From: Lama glama
Taxonomy: Eukaryota
NCBI GenBank assembly: GCA_028534125.1
Contig: CM052816.1
Coordinates: 69,194,001 to 69,258,000, forward strand
Reading direction: 5' to 3'
DNA: 64,000 nucleotides
The translations under genes were made by a program, and so were the position numbers. Below, in pieces: positions 24,900 to 38,139 of this stretch (position 1 is the stretch's first letter; every line of letters starts with the position of its first letter). A model generated the notes under the pieces. It was not told the DNA's origin and searched no databases. It worked only from the letters and a program-made list of their open reading frames with translations.

Positions 24900-26372
24900 A
24901 TCAGTGGGCAGTTGAGACATAGGATTTCAGAATGTGGGCTCTGAAAAACAAAGAGGGAAAAAGACTGAAACAAAAACAAAAACAAAACCCAACAGAACAG
25001 AATATCCAAGAACCATGGAACAACCATAAAAGGTGTAACATAGGCATAATGCAAATAGCAGAAAGACAGGGAAGGAAGGAAAGAAGGAAGGAAGGAAGGA
25101 ATAAAGGAAGGGAAAAAGGAAAAGAAATATTTGAAGCAATAATAACTGAGAAATTACCCCCAAATTAATGTTATATACCAGCACACAGACCCAGGAAGCT
25201 CAGAGAACACAGCTCAGGATAAAAACTAAGTAAATACTAAATACTAAGTAAATACTAAAAATACTATATACTAAACAAACAAACAAACAAACATGCAGCC
25301 CATTTAAAATATGTATGTTTGTTTGCTTGCTTTTTAATTGAAGTACAGTTGATCTAAAATGTTGTATTAGTTTCTGGTGTACAGCATGGGTGGACTTAGA
25401 GGACATTATTCTAAATGAAACGTTAGAGAAAGACAAATACTGTAAGATATCACTTACATGTGGAATCAAAAAATACAACAAACTAGTGAATATAACAAAA
25501 GAAACAGACTCACAGATGTAGAGAAGGAACTAGTGGTTACCAGTGGGGAGAGGGAAGGGGGAGGGGCAAGATGGAGTTAGAGGATTAAGAGGTACAAACT
25601 ATCAGGTATAAAATAAGCTACAAGGTTGTATTGTACAACATGGGGAATATAGCCAATATTTTGTAATAACTATAAATGGAGTATAACCTTTAAAAATTGT
25701 GAATCACTATATTGCATACCTGTAACATATAATATTGTACATCAACTATACTTCAATTAATAAATATGATATTGTAAAATAAATACATAAATAATGTTAA
25801 AAAATACTAAGTACTAAAAGATAAATACTGAAAAACCTATGCCCAGGCACATCATAGTCAAACATCAGAAAATCAAAGACAAAGAAAAAAATCTCGAAAG
25901 AATCCAGAGGCAAATAACACCTTGCCTATAGAAGAGCAAAAATAAGAATTACATCTGACTTTTCAGAAATCATATATGCAAGAGAATGGAGTGAAATATT
26001 TAAAATGTTGCAAGAAGAACACCACCATTGTAGATTTCTGTTCCTTGCAAAATTATCCTTCTCAAAAGTGAAGGAGAAATAAAGACTTTCTCAAATAAAA
26101 ATTGAGGGAATTTTTTGCCAGTAGAGCTTACTTGCAAGAAATGTTAGAAGAAGTTCTTCAGAGAGAGGAAAATAATAGGTCAGAAACTCAGATCTACATA
26201 AAGAAAGGAAGAGCATCATAGACGGAATAAACAAATGCACTACTGTGGTGTGGGATGTGAATGGTGGGGGAGGCTGTGCATGGGGATAGGGGTACATGGG
26301 AACTCTGTGCTTTCTGCTCAATTTGCTGTGCACTTAAAACTGCTCTAAAAAATACAGTGTATTAATTTTTTA
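24900..26372 (+). mobile_element. Old L1 (L1MC/MD-like): ORF1 remnant fused directly to the 3' terminus
   Basis: ORF1-like gaaatatttgaagcaataataactgag...ggagaaataaagactttctca, then 3'-end text caaatgcactactgtggtg...aaaactgctctaaaaaatac. Confidence 0.75.
25325..25800. mobile_element. Nested L1 3' pieces in opposite orientations
   Basis: Minus-strand terminal 60 bp (ttttaattgaagtacagttgat...gtacagcat) abuts a plus-strand 3'UTR (ggtggacttagagg...caactatacttcaattaataaa). Confidence 0.8.
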
Positions 26373-27610
26373 ATGAGACTTTAATTTGCTTTATAAAACT
26401 CAAACTGTGGGTGATTGGCATGTGAGTTTTTATTTATAATCGTTCTCATTGGGTGAAAGGAATGCTGACTCGTTAAATAATTTGTCCTTAGGAAGAGGGA
26501 ATGACAGACAAGTTCTGTGAGAATAGGACTTAGCTAGTTCCTTCTTTTCCCTCTTTTCCCCTCCAGAAGTTGCTAAGAGCCAGCAAACACATCAATTCCA
26601 GAGCCCATTCGTAGATGGGACCTTCCATAAAGATTTGGCTTAGACTCTGTCCAGAAGACAGCTCTTTCTCTTTGCCTGATTGAGCTTCCATCCTGTCTAT
26701 CTTCAAAATAAACTAGGGCTTAAATTCATTCCAAGCTCTGATGCTTCCTGATTATAGAACAGTTTAAAGGAATTCCTTGATTGTTCAAAATTTGAAAGAA
26801 ACTATTCCATAATAGAGATTGCCTGTTTTAAATTAAAAAAAAAAAAACGAAAGATAAATGAACAAACCAAAAACACCCTTCAGTTGTACTCTACCTAGTT
26901 TCAGAAAAGATTTAAACAAATAAAAAAATAGAGTGAGAGGGAAATCAGTGTGTGCTTGGGTCTGTTTAGGTCCAATTTGGGACAACATAATCAAAGCCAA
27001 ATTATTACATTCTTCAAAAATCCGAAGAATCAACATTGTGAGCCACTTAAGAGAAATAAAATGTAAAAACAAAAGGGTAAAAGTCAGTTGATCCAAAATA
27101 AAAAGTAATGAATTGGAAAGTAAGAAATTAAAATGGTTCAGATTAATGTCCTCCCAAACCATTCTCAACTAAATACAGATGATACTAAGAAACGAGGAGT
27201 TAAAAAGAAAATTAAAACCATTTGGCAGGAAGTAGTTCCCTAAGCAACAAATATATGAGGCGTTCCCAAAGTAAAAATGCTAGAGCTGTTCAAGGATGAG
27301 CAGCTTTCGGGGGAAGAGAGATCAGGAGTCAGATCACTCTTTCAAAAGGAGTATTTTCTCACTCTGACTTGTCTAATGGCCACAAACCATTGCTCACTGG
27401 GGCTGTGTTCCTACCATCTCTGCAACTATCCTTGTCAGGCAGATTTCAGACAGGCCAGTTTTTGTCAAGATGATCAAATTCATGTTGATTCCAATACTGT
27501 TTTTGTCCTTGAAATCCAGGAACCCCTAGATACCAAGTTCAGTTCTCTCCAATTGCACTTGATCAGGCAACTCGTTTTTGAAACTAAAAACAAAATTTGA
27601 ACAAAGGCTG

Positions 27611-27855
27611 ATATAGTAGACACTGGTGCTTTTCATCAGTATTTCCAATTGTCTTTCTCTGGCATGAGTAGGATTACTGTTCCCTACCCTTCTGATGTTA
27701 GACATAGCCATATATGTAATCCTATTCATGGACATAAATGGAAGTGATAGGTATGTCTTTCAGGTGGAAGTCTTTAAGAGTTTACCAGTGATTATTCCCC
27801 ACCCATGTCATTGTCATCGGCAATGTTCCAGTTAGTGGAGGGCCCAACAGCCTAA
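27611..27855 (+). mobile_element. MaLR LTR (MLT1I-like) fragment
   Basis: tagtagacactggtgc...gtaggattactgttccctaccc...ggaagtctttaagag...gcaatgttccag. Confidence 0.6.
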
Positions 27856-28959
27856 CTGATAATTAAGGCAGCAATAAGTAAAGCCCTGAAATATCTCATA
27901 CTTCCTTATTTTTAGAGAAACTTCTTTTCAGAAGAAATGGACAATTTCCAATTTACTGAGGACCCTGAAAAGTCAACCATCCTTGAAATGTGACTCACTT
28001 ACTGAAAATGTCAGAGTAAATGTTCATAACACCAGTTAGACATGTGAGATATCATATACATGATTAAATACCACATGCCTACTTTATCCTGAATCTTATC
28101 TGCGATTTTAGGTCATTTTATTTTTGAAGTGTTTTTCTGATCTTTTGTCATTGGTATTATAGCTGCCTTAATAAAAGAGTGACTACTTCAATTTGTAAAT
28201 GTGAAAACTATTAAAATGGCTGTATATTTTTACTTAAAATGGTTCAACCTAAAATCAACTAAATCTCTTTAGAAATACAATTATTATAGACAGTTGTGTT
28301 TAAAGAGATTAAAAGATGAATGGAATTGTGGGTCTACACATAGATTAAGGGCACCCACATTAAATTCTGGGTTTGTTTACTTAGGTTCAATTTAGAATTA
28401 TATTTCACATTTCTTAAAAATTGCTTTCAACATTCTGTCAAGGATAAGTTCAAATATTGGATTTGTTATGGTATTTGAGTGACCTTAATATTAGACAAAT
28501 ATTTGGCAAGCAAGAGTCCGAGCCTGTGAACTGTTATATTGATTTTTATGTTTTTAAGCAATGAATTCAGAGACAATCTGTGTTTTAAACATGCATTTGA
28601 GAATAATGCTAACTTTTACAAGCTCTGATTCAATGCCATCCTTCTGGGAGATACTCCAACATGCACTTTTAAGTTTAATTTAAATTTCAGGTAGCAAATG
28701 CTGCCTTGAAATCTATAGCATGCCTCTGTTGGGAACCAGTGTAAATATAGCATGAAATAAATAATCCTCAAAGATATGGAATTCAAATAAAATATCTTTT
28801 TCTCCCCAGAGATTTTTGTTAAGAGAAAGATGATTTAAATAGGCATCTATGATTTTATTTTGGGCCAGTCCCGACTATCTCTGCATTTATGAGAGCTTTC
28901 CAGAAAGCAGCAGAGCCAGATGACAAAATCAGCTCCTGTGGGGCTGGGCTGACTCAGGA

Positions 28960-29280
28960 CATCTCCATATGGATGTCCCAAGGCAATTTATATTCAACAT
29001 GTCCCTAGATGAACCTGTCATCTTCCTTTTAAAACCATGGTCTTAGAGTTGCCTTCAACTCTTTTCTTACCTCTCATATCCAGCCGTTCACTGATTCCAG
29101 TATGTAGTCCTTTTCTCTCATCCTACCCTTTCCCTGTCCTGGCCCTCACCTCCCTAACAGTCTTCCTGCCACCAGGAATATCTCCAGTCTCCAGTCCCTG
29201 TTTCCACTGCCACCAAATTAATCTCTGTAAAGCACAAGTCAGATTTATGCTACTGTCACCTCAAAAATGGTTAGTGATTC
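28960..29280 (+). mobile_element. L2 fragment
   Basis: catctccatatggatgtcccaaaggcaatttatattcaacatgtcc...agcacaagtcagat. Confidence 0.6.
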
Positions 29281-29689
29281 TTGTGCTGCTGTCTTTTGTT
29301 TGCTTCTGCATAGCCACCTTCTACTTTCTCCCCCAGTTTTGTGTCAGTCTATAGGGAAAGCATCAGTGAACTCCCCTGCCCTTTGGCTAATGATTCTGTT
29401 TGGACAGTGTGGAGCCCTGCAGGAGGAGAGTGAGGCCCGGGGCCAGGGGTCAGGGTATATTTCCCGGCTCCCTCTTGTGTCATTGACGTAAGTTGGTCTC
29501 ACCCTCAACTGAAGGCACGGCTCCTGTCTGGAAGCTTTCCCCATATACCCTAGTTTAAGTGTGCCATATACTCTTTACTTCTTTGCATTCCTGCTTATGT
29601 TTTTTCTTTTCTTCCCTGTCAGTCTGAAATTCTCCTCATTATTTCTACTGAAATCTTTTTTATCTAATCCTACATTATCCTTTGTATGG

Positions 29690-29885
29690 GCATAACAGTA
29701 AGAAAAATTATGGAACTACAAGAAAGAAGAAACCAAGAGCCTTGAATTACTGCTTGGAGATAAGACCACCTGCTAATCAGGAATGCCCCTTGCAGACTTC
29801 ACATGAGTGAGGAATATATGCTGCTGGGTTAAACCACTGAGATGTGGGGATTTATCTGCTTCAATTTCTAGCATTACTTTAGTTA
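29690..29885 (+). mobile_element. MaLR LTR (MLT1J-like) 3' part
   Basis: gacttcacatgagtgagg...gggttaaaccactgagatgtggggatttatctg. Confidence 0.55.
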
Positions 29886-30169
29886 TCTAAGTAAGATTCT
29901 TTTAGAAAATAAAAAATTCTGTTCCTTAGTGAGATTCCCAAGTGGGTCATTAAGGTGAGTTATAAACAAGTAAGTGAAAGAGCTGTGGTCACTAGGAGCC
30001 TGCAGGAGTTCACAGAGAACACATTTTCTACTGTGACAGTTTCCTGGATGGATGGAGAAAGAAAACACAGCAGCCTTGGAGATTCTTGTCCAAGTCACTT
30101 GACAAAATTTTCATGATATTACTTGGTTCAAGAGGGAAAATTATTCACAAGATAAAATGAAATTTGGTG

Positions 30170-30780
30170 AATTATTTACAGGTTGGATGAACTTAAATAA
30201 TGCTGGTTATTAATAGATTAGAACCAACCTAAAAGAAGCTTTCTAATGATAGCAGGGCTTGGTTCTCTACCATAACCATGCAAACATTTTTATTACTTAT
30301 TTAGATAAAGCTATAAAGGGTTAGGCAATACAGAAGTATTTCTGTTCTAGGCAGCCAGCATATTTTTAAGAGCAGGAAAGGGAAGACTCTTAGTGAGAGA
30401 AGGACCAGGATAATTTTGGATCTGAAAAATCTATCATACAGAAAGGTTGAAAGACCTTGGAGATGGGCTCTGGAGAAGAGAAGATTCAGAGAACTTGGTC
30501 TCTGTCTTCCAATATTCAAAGAATTGCCAACCAGGAGAAGAGTTAGAATAATTCTGCCTCCCAGTCCCCTACCCATGCTGGACTTCTTGGAGCAATAGAG
30601 AGAAGCTATGGGGTGATTAATTTCAGCTCAATATCAGGAAGAGCTTTCTAGCAGAGTTGTCCAAAGACAGAGAGGCTAGACCCCTCCAAACACACATGAA
30701 CAGCACTTGGAGGGATCTTCTTGGGCAGGTGATTTTGGGTCATCTTTAAAGTCCCTTCCAGGTCTGAGAGCCTTTGATTC
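30170..30780 (+). mobile_element. L3/CR1 LINE remnant
   Basis: RT-like aacatttttattacttatttagataaagctataaaggg (NIFI-DLD-GIEG-like); CR1 3' text tttcagctcaatatcaggaagagctttcta and aagtcccttccaggtctgag. Confidence 0.65.
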
Positions 30781-31839
30781 TTGCTCATTGTACAGAACTT
30801 AGGTAGCTCAGTAAATATGAAAGCCAGTTGATAGACACCAGACATCATTTGTATGGTGGCTTTGTTGGCATTGCCAAGAGACAGCTCAAGAAGCAAATAA
30901 AATACTCCTCCTAGAGATCATAATTTGTGTTGTAGAATGATTGGAAGAATCTATGAACCCAGCATTTATGGAACAATTTCTCTGAGTCAGGCACTGTGCC
31001 TGAACATCCTCTGCCTCCCTCCTGTCTGTCCCCTTCCTCCCACAGAGTGCAAAACTTCTGATATTTCCTTTGACAGCTGATCATTCTAGACAAGGAAAAG
31101 TACTGTTTTTGTTTTCTGTTTCTCTTCAAGAGGTTTGACTGAACTAAAAACTCATCAGTCACTTTTCAAGCTTTATTATGATTACTGTTGATAACAATAA
31201 TAATTTTTTCCACTCTCCAGGGAACAGCTTCAAGAAAGTTACAATGGGGAGGGAAACTAAGGAAGGGTTTTCTTTATTGAAGTGGGTCTAGAATTAGGTA
31301 GGGAGGACAGAACAACAAAAAAACAGAATATCAGAAAGAGTGATCACGTCTCTAGTGGGAGCTTGGATGGGATGCTGCTAAGAAACTTCCACAAGAGAAA
31401 GGTGGTCTGGACACACACACATATCCAAAAGTAATAAGTACCAAAAGCACTGGCTTTGGACAAAACATATACACTGTGAAAAAGCAGACTAGTGGTATTA
31501 AAGCCTCCATTTGTCCAAAATAGAGCAACACAGACCCATTCTGGTTTAATGGAGTCTCTAAAGCACATCTGGGAAACCCTAGGGATCTTTGGACACAGGA
31601 TGATAAATAAGTCCAGGTGAATATAGAGCAGATTCCACCTAATAGACAGTGATTCCTAAGCTCATTTATTGTTTAGCAGAGTTTGTTTTCAGCTCTCCTG
31701 GTGCAGCATAGGCTCATCTGAGAGACAGTCTGGCTTCCAGTTCTTTATTCTCTGTTTTCATGGACAGCAGTCTGGTCCTTGTCTTCATTATTGCCAATTT
31801 CCTCTTATTCCTCTCCCTGCATCTGGTTTCTGTCACCTC

Positions 31840-32355
31840 TGATGCACGCTGAATGTAGGAAACAGACTAATTGTTTTCCTAAAGCATTATTATCATGCCA
31901 CTCTCTTGCTCAAGAATCTACAGAGGTGCCTTGTTAGTACCACAGGATTCAAGCTTCTCCCCATTCACACCCCCATCCTCAGGCAATCTCTCTTGCAATC
32001 CACTGTGCCCTCTCCCACCTTTAGGCCTTCATACAGGCTGATCCTCCCTGAAACACTCCCTCCCCCATCCCCTCTTCCTCTGCTAACTCCTGCTGCTCAT
32101 CCTTGTATATCATTTCCTTTGGAAAGTCTAGTACCATAGCACTCTGTGGCTTCTCTATCAAAAGCAATTTAATTCTAGTGTTTTTAGGGCTACTTATTAA
32201 TCTGTATCTCCCACAAAACTAAAAAACAAGAAAGGAATATCCACACCTTATTTACTCTTGAACCCCCGAATCTTGACAGTGTGATGTATGTTAAGTGAGT
32301 GAATGAATTCAACATAAATATTTGTTGAGCAAGAGAATGAGTGAATGAATAAATG
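31840..32355 (+). mobile_element. L2 3' region
   Basis: atcatgccactctcttgctcaagaatctacag...aaatatttgttgag...gaatgagtgaatgaataaatg tail. Confidence 0.6.
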
Positions 32356-32461
32356 GTTGTTGATAGAATGCTAAATGGATGGTCCTCTTTTACAGGTTTG
32401 TAGTTATTTGTGACACCCCTTCAGGTAATCTTTCAGTTGTGATTCTCACAATTTGGACATC

Positions 32462-32811
32462 TGCCTTGTCTATTTGGGCTGCTATAACAAAATACCAAAA
32501 ACTGGGGAGTTTATAAACAACGGAAGTGTATTTCTTACAGTCCTTGAGACTGGTGGTCTGGGATCAGGACACCAGCATGGTCGGGTGAGGGCTCTCTTCT
32601 GGGTTGCAGATTTCTCGTATCTTCACATAGTGGAAGGGGTTACGGCTCTCTCTGGAGCCTCTTTTATAAGGCACTAACCCCACTCATAAAATCTCCGTCT
32701 TCATGACCTAAGCGCTTCTCAAAGACCCCCACCTCCTAGTACCATCATCTTTGGAAGTTAGGATTTCAACATATGAATTTGGGGTGGGGTGCAAACATTC
32801 AGACCATAGCA
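32462..32811 (-). mobile_element. MaLR solo LTR (MLT1A-like)
   Basis: tttgggctgctataacaaaatacc...ttcaacatatgaatttgggg...acattcagaccatagca. Confidence 0.85.
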
Positions 32812-35244
32812 CATACCAAGTGAATAATTCCTTTTGTCTATTCCTAAATGAGACAGGCGTGGCAGGAGGCACGAGCCATTTGTAAATGGGAATCTGGGTG
32901 AGGAGGAGGCGGCTGTTGGATATCTGTGGGGATGAGAGAAGGGATTCAGGAGACAAATGCCCTGGCAGCTATTGGTGTCCGTGGGACAAACCCTGGATGA
33001 ACTGGAAAAATGACTTTCGTCCTTTTCCTTGTAGCCAATGGGGTGTATCCAGCTGGTAGCAGACACTGCCTTATTATCCAGAACCTCCCTGTGCTGCTAT
33101 TGAGGAAATCAAGGTCCATAGATGCATAAGGACTTGCCAAGAGTCTCAAAAATGGTGCAGAGCCAGGCCTAGAATCTGAATCTGATTCTTGAGCAATACT
33201 TCTGTCACCCATTATTTCCTCCTCACTGCTGTCTGAAAGCCCTTAGTTCTGATTTGCTAACTCAGAGTTATGCACGCAATGCTTCTTCCTCAGTACTTGT
33301 TGCCCCTGACCTTTGATGCTGTGAAACCAAGAGGCCAAAACCAGAGCATTTCCTCCTAACCAACATTTCCCACTGAGAAAAGCTGTTCCTCTATGTGTGT
33401 GGGGGTGGGTGGTGGGGGTTGGGAGGGGGTGTGAAAGTGGAGAGGAATGTGTGAAGAGGGAGGACGCAAAAGCCCGGGGCAAGCAAAATCAGGGGAACCA
33501 GCAAGAAATCAATTCCTGCACATGTTTCCCCCCCCCCCCGGGGTTTCAGTGACAACTTCATTTTTTTTTGTTTTGAGATGCAACAGAAACTGTTGCCTTG
33601 ACTGGGTGTGTGAGGTGGTGTGTATATAAATGCACATAAAAGTATCAGCGATTCATTTGAGCCACCAAATAAAGAATGAAAGGCCCACGTCTACTTAAGC
33701 ACCTTCACCACCTCAATCCTGTGATTTTATTTGTGGAGCAGGAAGTTGTCGAGGCCTCCAAATCCCAATCCCTCTGAGCTGGGAGTCAACTGGCAGCATC
33801 CCTGCAGAGGGCTCCTGCAGGCATCCATTTCCCAAGTGCTTTGTTGCCAAGACCCTGAGTCAAAAATGAATGAGTCAAAGCTCCTGTTTATTGTGTGATG
33901 AGAGATACAGGTTCATCCTGAAGATTCTCTTTGGGTTATTCCTTACTTTGCAAAGATTTAATAATTTCTGATGCAGTTGGGCTGCTTACCACCAAGGTGA
34001 TCCCTGTTTCTGACCATGGATATCAGTACTGATGATTTTTTAGGAATTGGTAAATGTCCACACATCAGGAAGAGAAAGAAATAGCTAGTGAAATGGCAGT
34101 GGCCTTAAACAAGCTCTCATTTGAGTAAATGGTCTCTCTCTTCTCATTTCTTTTGCCTGCTCATTCATTCAACCACTCTTCGCTTAGGATCCAAGAAGCT
34201 CACAATCTAGAGAGACATTAAAAAAACTTGACTCATCAGTGCACAATGTATATTTAAGATGCTTGTATCACAAGCAATGGAAAATCTGGCTCATTCAGGC
34301 CCAAACAAAGAAGGAAATCTCTTTGGCTCACATGATTGAAACCTCCAGGGGAGGATTTGCTTCAGACAAACTCCTTCTCAGCAGCTCGGTCATTGGGTTT
34401 CTTTTCCATTTCTCTGCTGTCTTCTGGGCTATTGGCTATACTCTAAGGCTGGGTCCCCTCACAGTCCCAAGATGGCCATAAGCAAATCCCAGTGCTACAT
34501 ACTTCCTTGTTCAAATCCAGCCAAAAAAGAAGAGCTAGTTTATTTGCCTCAGCACTCGTGTAGAGTCCTGGGACTCAATCTAGTTCAAGGGCAGCACTCC
34601 TGGCCTGAGTTAATCAGTCATGTGATCGGGAGATGGTCACATACTCCACCCCAGAGGCAGGTGTGAGCTGCACAGGAATTCTTAAATGGAACTGGGAGTG
34701 GAGAAAGGGGAGAGAGAGGTACCAAGAAATGTGAATTTCAGGGAAATGACTTTGGCAGGAGTGCTAACTGGACACGTGGGAGCATTGTAGAGGGGTCCTC
34801 CTCAGCCTGAATAGGCCCAGGGTTCTCTATAAGGATGAACTGTGCAAAAGGAAGGAATTTGAATTGATCAACCCTAGAATACACTTATAGTATATTAGAC
34901 CTGGAAGCTGCCTTCACTTAGAAAATGATGAAGGCATGAAATTGATGTCCAAAGGCAAGAAGGCCAGGAATAGACTTCAAGCCGGAACTCAAGAGGCTGA
35001 GTGTTTGGGACTGCTTATCTTTCTTTTAAATTCTCAGAGAAGAAGATGAAATTACTTATGTCTTAAGGGAGCTGTTCATAAGAAGGTTCTGGTTCCAAGA
35101 TCTAAACCCTATGATATAGAACTATTTTCATTGAGACAAGACTAGGCTTGATTCCCACAAATCAGGGCTTGAGACATAGCTCTACAACTTACTAACTGTG
35201 GCCGTGGGCAAGTCACTTAACCTCATTACTTAACCTCTTCATCT

Positions 35245-35801
35245 TTATTTATTTATTTTTTATTTTGGTGTGCAAAATCTTTTATTTCTTTATTTTTCTT
35301 ACAGTTTTATTGAGATATAATTGACATACAGTACTCTATGAGGTTAAGGTATACAACATAATGACTTGACTTACATACCTCATGAAATGATTACCACAGT
35401 AAGTTTAGTGAATATCCAGCATCTCATCCAAATACAAAATTAAGGAAATAGAAAAAATATTTGTCCTTGCAATGACAGCTCAGGATTTACTTTCTTAACA
35501 ACTTTCATGTATAATATATAGCAGTTAATTATTTTTATCATGTTATACATTATGCCCCTAATACCTACTTATCTTATAACTGGAAGTTTGTACCTTTTGA
35601 CTGCCTTCATCCAATTCCTCCTTTCCCAACCCCATACCTCTTGTAACCACAAATCTGATCTCTTTTTCTATGAGTTTTATTTGTTTGTTTGGTTTTAAAG
35701 TGTAATTGACCTACAATACTACATCAGTTCCTGTTACACAACATAGTGATTTTTTATTTCTGTAAATTTCAGAATGATAAATCTAGTTACCATCTGTCGC
35801 C
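35245..35801 (-). mobile_element. L1 (L1MA9-like) 3' end running into the assembly gap
   Basis: cagttttattgagatataattgacatac...ttataactggaagtttgtaccttttgac...gataaatctagttaccatctgtc. Confidence 0.8.
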
Positions 35802-36301
35802 NNNNNNNNNNNNNNNNNNNNNNNNNNNNNNNNNNNNNNNNNNNNNNNNNNNNNNNNNNNNNNNNNNNNNNNNNNNNNNNNNNNNNNNNNNNNNNNNNNN
35901 NNNNNNNNNNNNNNNNNNNNNNNNNNNNNNNNNNNNNNNNNNNNNNNNNNNNNNNNNNNNNNNNNNNNNNNNNNNNNNNNNNNNNNNNNNNNNNNNNNNN
36001 NNNNNNNNNNNNNNNNNNNNNNNNNNNNNNNNNNNNNNNNNNNNNNNNNNNNNNNNNNNNNNNNNNNNNNNNNNNNNNNNNNNNNNNNNNNNNNNNNNNN
36101 NNNNNNNNNNNNNNNNNNNNNNNNNNNNNNNNNNNNNNNNNNNNNNNNNNNNNNNNNNNNNNNNNNNNNNNNNNNNNNNNNNNNNNNNNNNNNNNNNNNN
36201 NNNNNNNNNNNNNNNNNNNNNNNNNNNNNNNNNNNNNNNNNNNNNNNNNNNNNNNNNNNNNNNNNNNNNNNNNNNNNNNNNNNNNNNNNNNNNNNNNNNN
36301 N
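35802..36301. other. Assembly gap (500 N)
   Basis: Run of exactly 500 n. Confidence 0.99.
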
Positions 36302-36879
36302 TCTTTCCTTTAAGCCACCTAAAATAATTGGAAATACGTGAATTTACTTAGTAAATGTATTAATTGCTGAGAGAGTAAGTAAAAATTTAATCTTTTTCAG
36401 GACAGAGAACTCTTTCTTTTAAACCTCATATCATTTTTCTCTGAGGTACTCAGAGTTGAGAATAATGCTGCCCTTTTCTCAACATATTTTCATTTGAGGC
36501 AACTCTTTGTTCTGTCAAGTAGATTTATTTTCTTTATCAGATAGAGATGTGGGCAAAAGAAAATGATCTCATTGCATATGATTCCTAACACAATACCCAA
36601 GGCTCCAGACTCCAGTGAAATTTGGTATTACAAATGACTTGGGAAACCTTTCTGGTTATGAGCACTTTTTCAAAGAAACCCTGTTTGAAATAATTCACTT
36701 CCATTAATTCCGCAATGGCAATACAGACATGCTCTTGTCCTAATCTTTATGTTAGTGTTGAATAGCAAAGGGCTGCTGTTTGGTTTCCTGACCTGGCTTT
36801 TATTTAAAAGAAGAAAAAAAAAGCCATATTAAATGATAACACTTACTTGGTGTCAGTAAGTCTCTGTTTAAAGAAACAA

Positions 36880-37910
36880 ACAAAATTATTGTCCAGCTCA
36901 AAGAGCTTTCATAGGTGAACACACCCACAGAAGCAAGACCAAAATCAGGAAACAAAAATTTACCAGCCTCCATCAGTTGCCCTCATGCCCCACCCAGTTC
37001 CTATATCCCTCCAAAAGGTAAGCATAACCCTGCTTTCTGACACCACTGATTGCTGCTTTGCCCGTTTTAAGTGTCTGCCTAAATGTAATCATTCAGTGTA
37101 TACTTTTCTGTGTACTTTTCATGAGATTCAGCCTTGTTGTCCTATGTCATAATTTTTCACTTTTATTGCTCTGTACTAGTATTTCACTATATAAATATAC
37201 CACAAGTCATGTATCCATTCTACTGTTGATTTCCAGTTGGGTTGTTTTAAGTTGTTGGCTCTTAAAGATAATGCTGCTATGAATATTCCTGAATATATAT
37301 GTCTTAAATGAACATAGGCATGCATTTCTTTTGTGGATATGCTTAGTTATCCTGGGTCATAGGTTTTGTGTATGATCAACTTTAGTAGATACTAGAAAAC
37401 AGTTTTACGAAGTGGCTGTACCAATTTCCATACTCACTAGTGGTATGGAAGAGTTCCAGTTGCCCCACATCCTTACTAACACTTGTTATTGTCAGCATGT
37501 AATGAGAACTGTGAAATTGTCATTGCATAACTTTGTTGTGTTAGTCATTCTGGTAATAACTGTTGAAGCTGAACCCTTCTCTTATGTTTATGGACTATTT
37601 GTATATGCTTCTTTTGGAAAGTGCTTTTCAAATCTTTTATCCATACTTTTGTTCTACAGCAACATCATGAAGATACTCTCCTCTGTTTTCTTTAGAAGTT
37701 TTTTTTTTGGTTGTTTTATTTTACATTTAGGTCAACAGTCCATTTGGAATTATGTACAAAGTACAGGTTAAAATTTACTTTTTTCATAAAGGTATACAAC
37801 TGATCCAGCATTATTCATTACAAAGACTATCCTTTTGCCCCTGATCTGCTATGCTACTTTTGTCATAAAATCAATTGTTTATATGTGTTTGGATCTGTTT
37901 CTGGACTTTT
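36880..37910 (-). mobile_element. Ancient L1ME 3' region
   Basis: gtggctgtaccaatttccatactcac...gagttccagttgccccacatcctt...ggatctgtttctggact. Confidence 0.7.
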
Positions 37911-38139
37911 AAATTTGACATATTAGTTACCAGCTAATATGGTTTGGAATTGGAACGCTGGTCTGTACTATCTGATACTCTGAAGTGCCTGACTGCATTT
38001 GGCCTGTAGCCTTAGCATGAAGTTCTGAGAAAGTAAAACCAATTAATGCAGAAAATCTACTCTGAATATAACAACCAGAAAGAATAGTAGAGATTTTTTT
38101 CAATCATATTCCCTTATTTTTAAAATGAGAAAACAGGTC

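Noticed and set aside
25069..25125. GGAA-rich purine tract
   Set aside because: Short imperfect microsatellite inside an L1 ORF1 remnant; no evidence of function.
35746..36327. Longest ORFs in the track (193 and 179 aa)
   Set aside because: Artefacts of translating through the 500-N gap.
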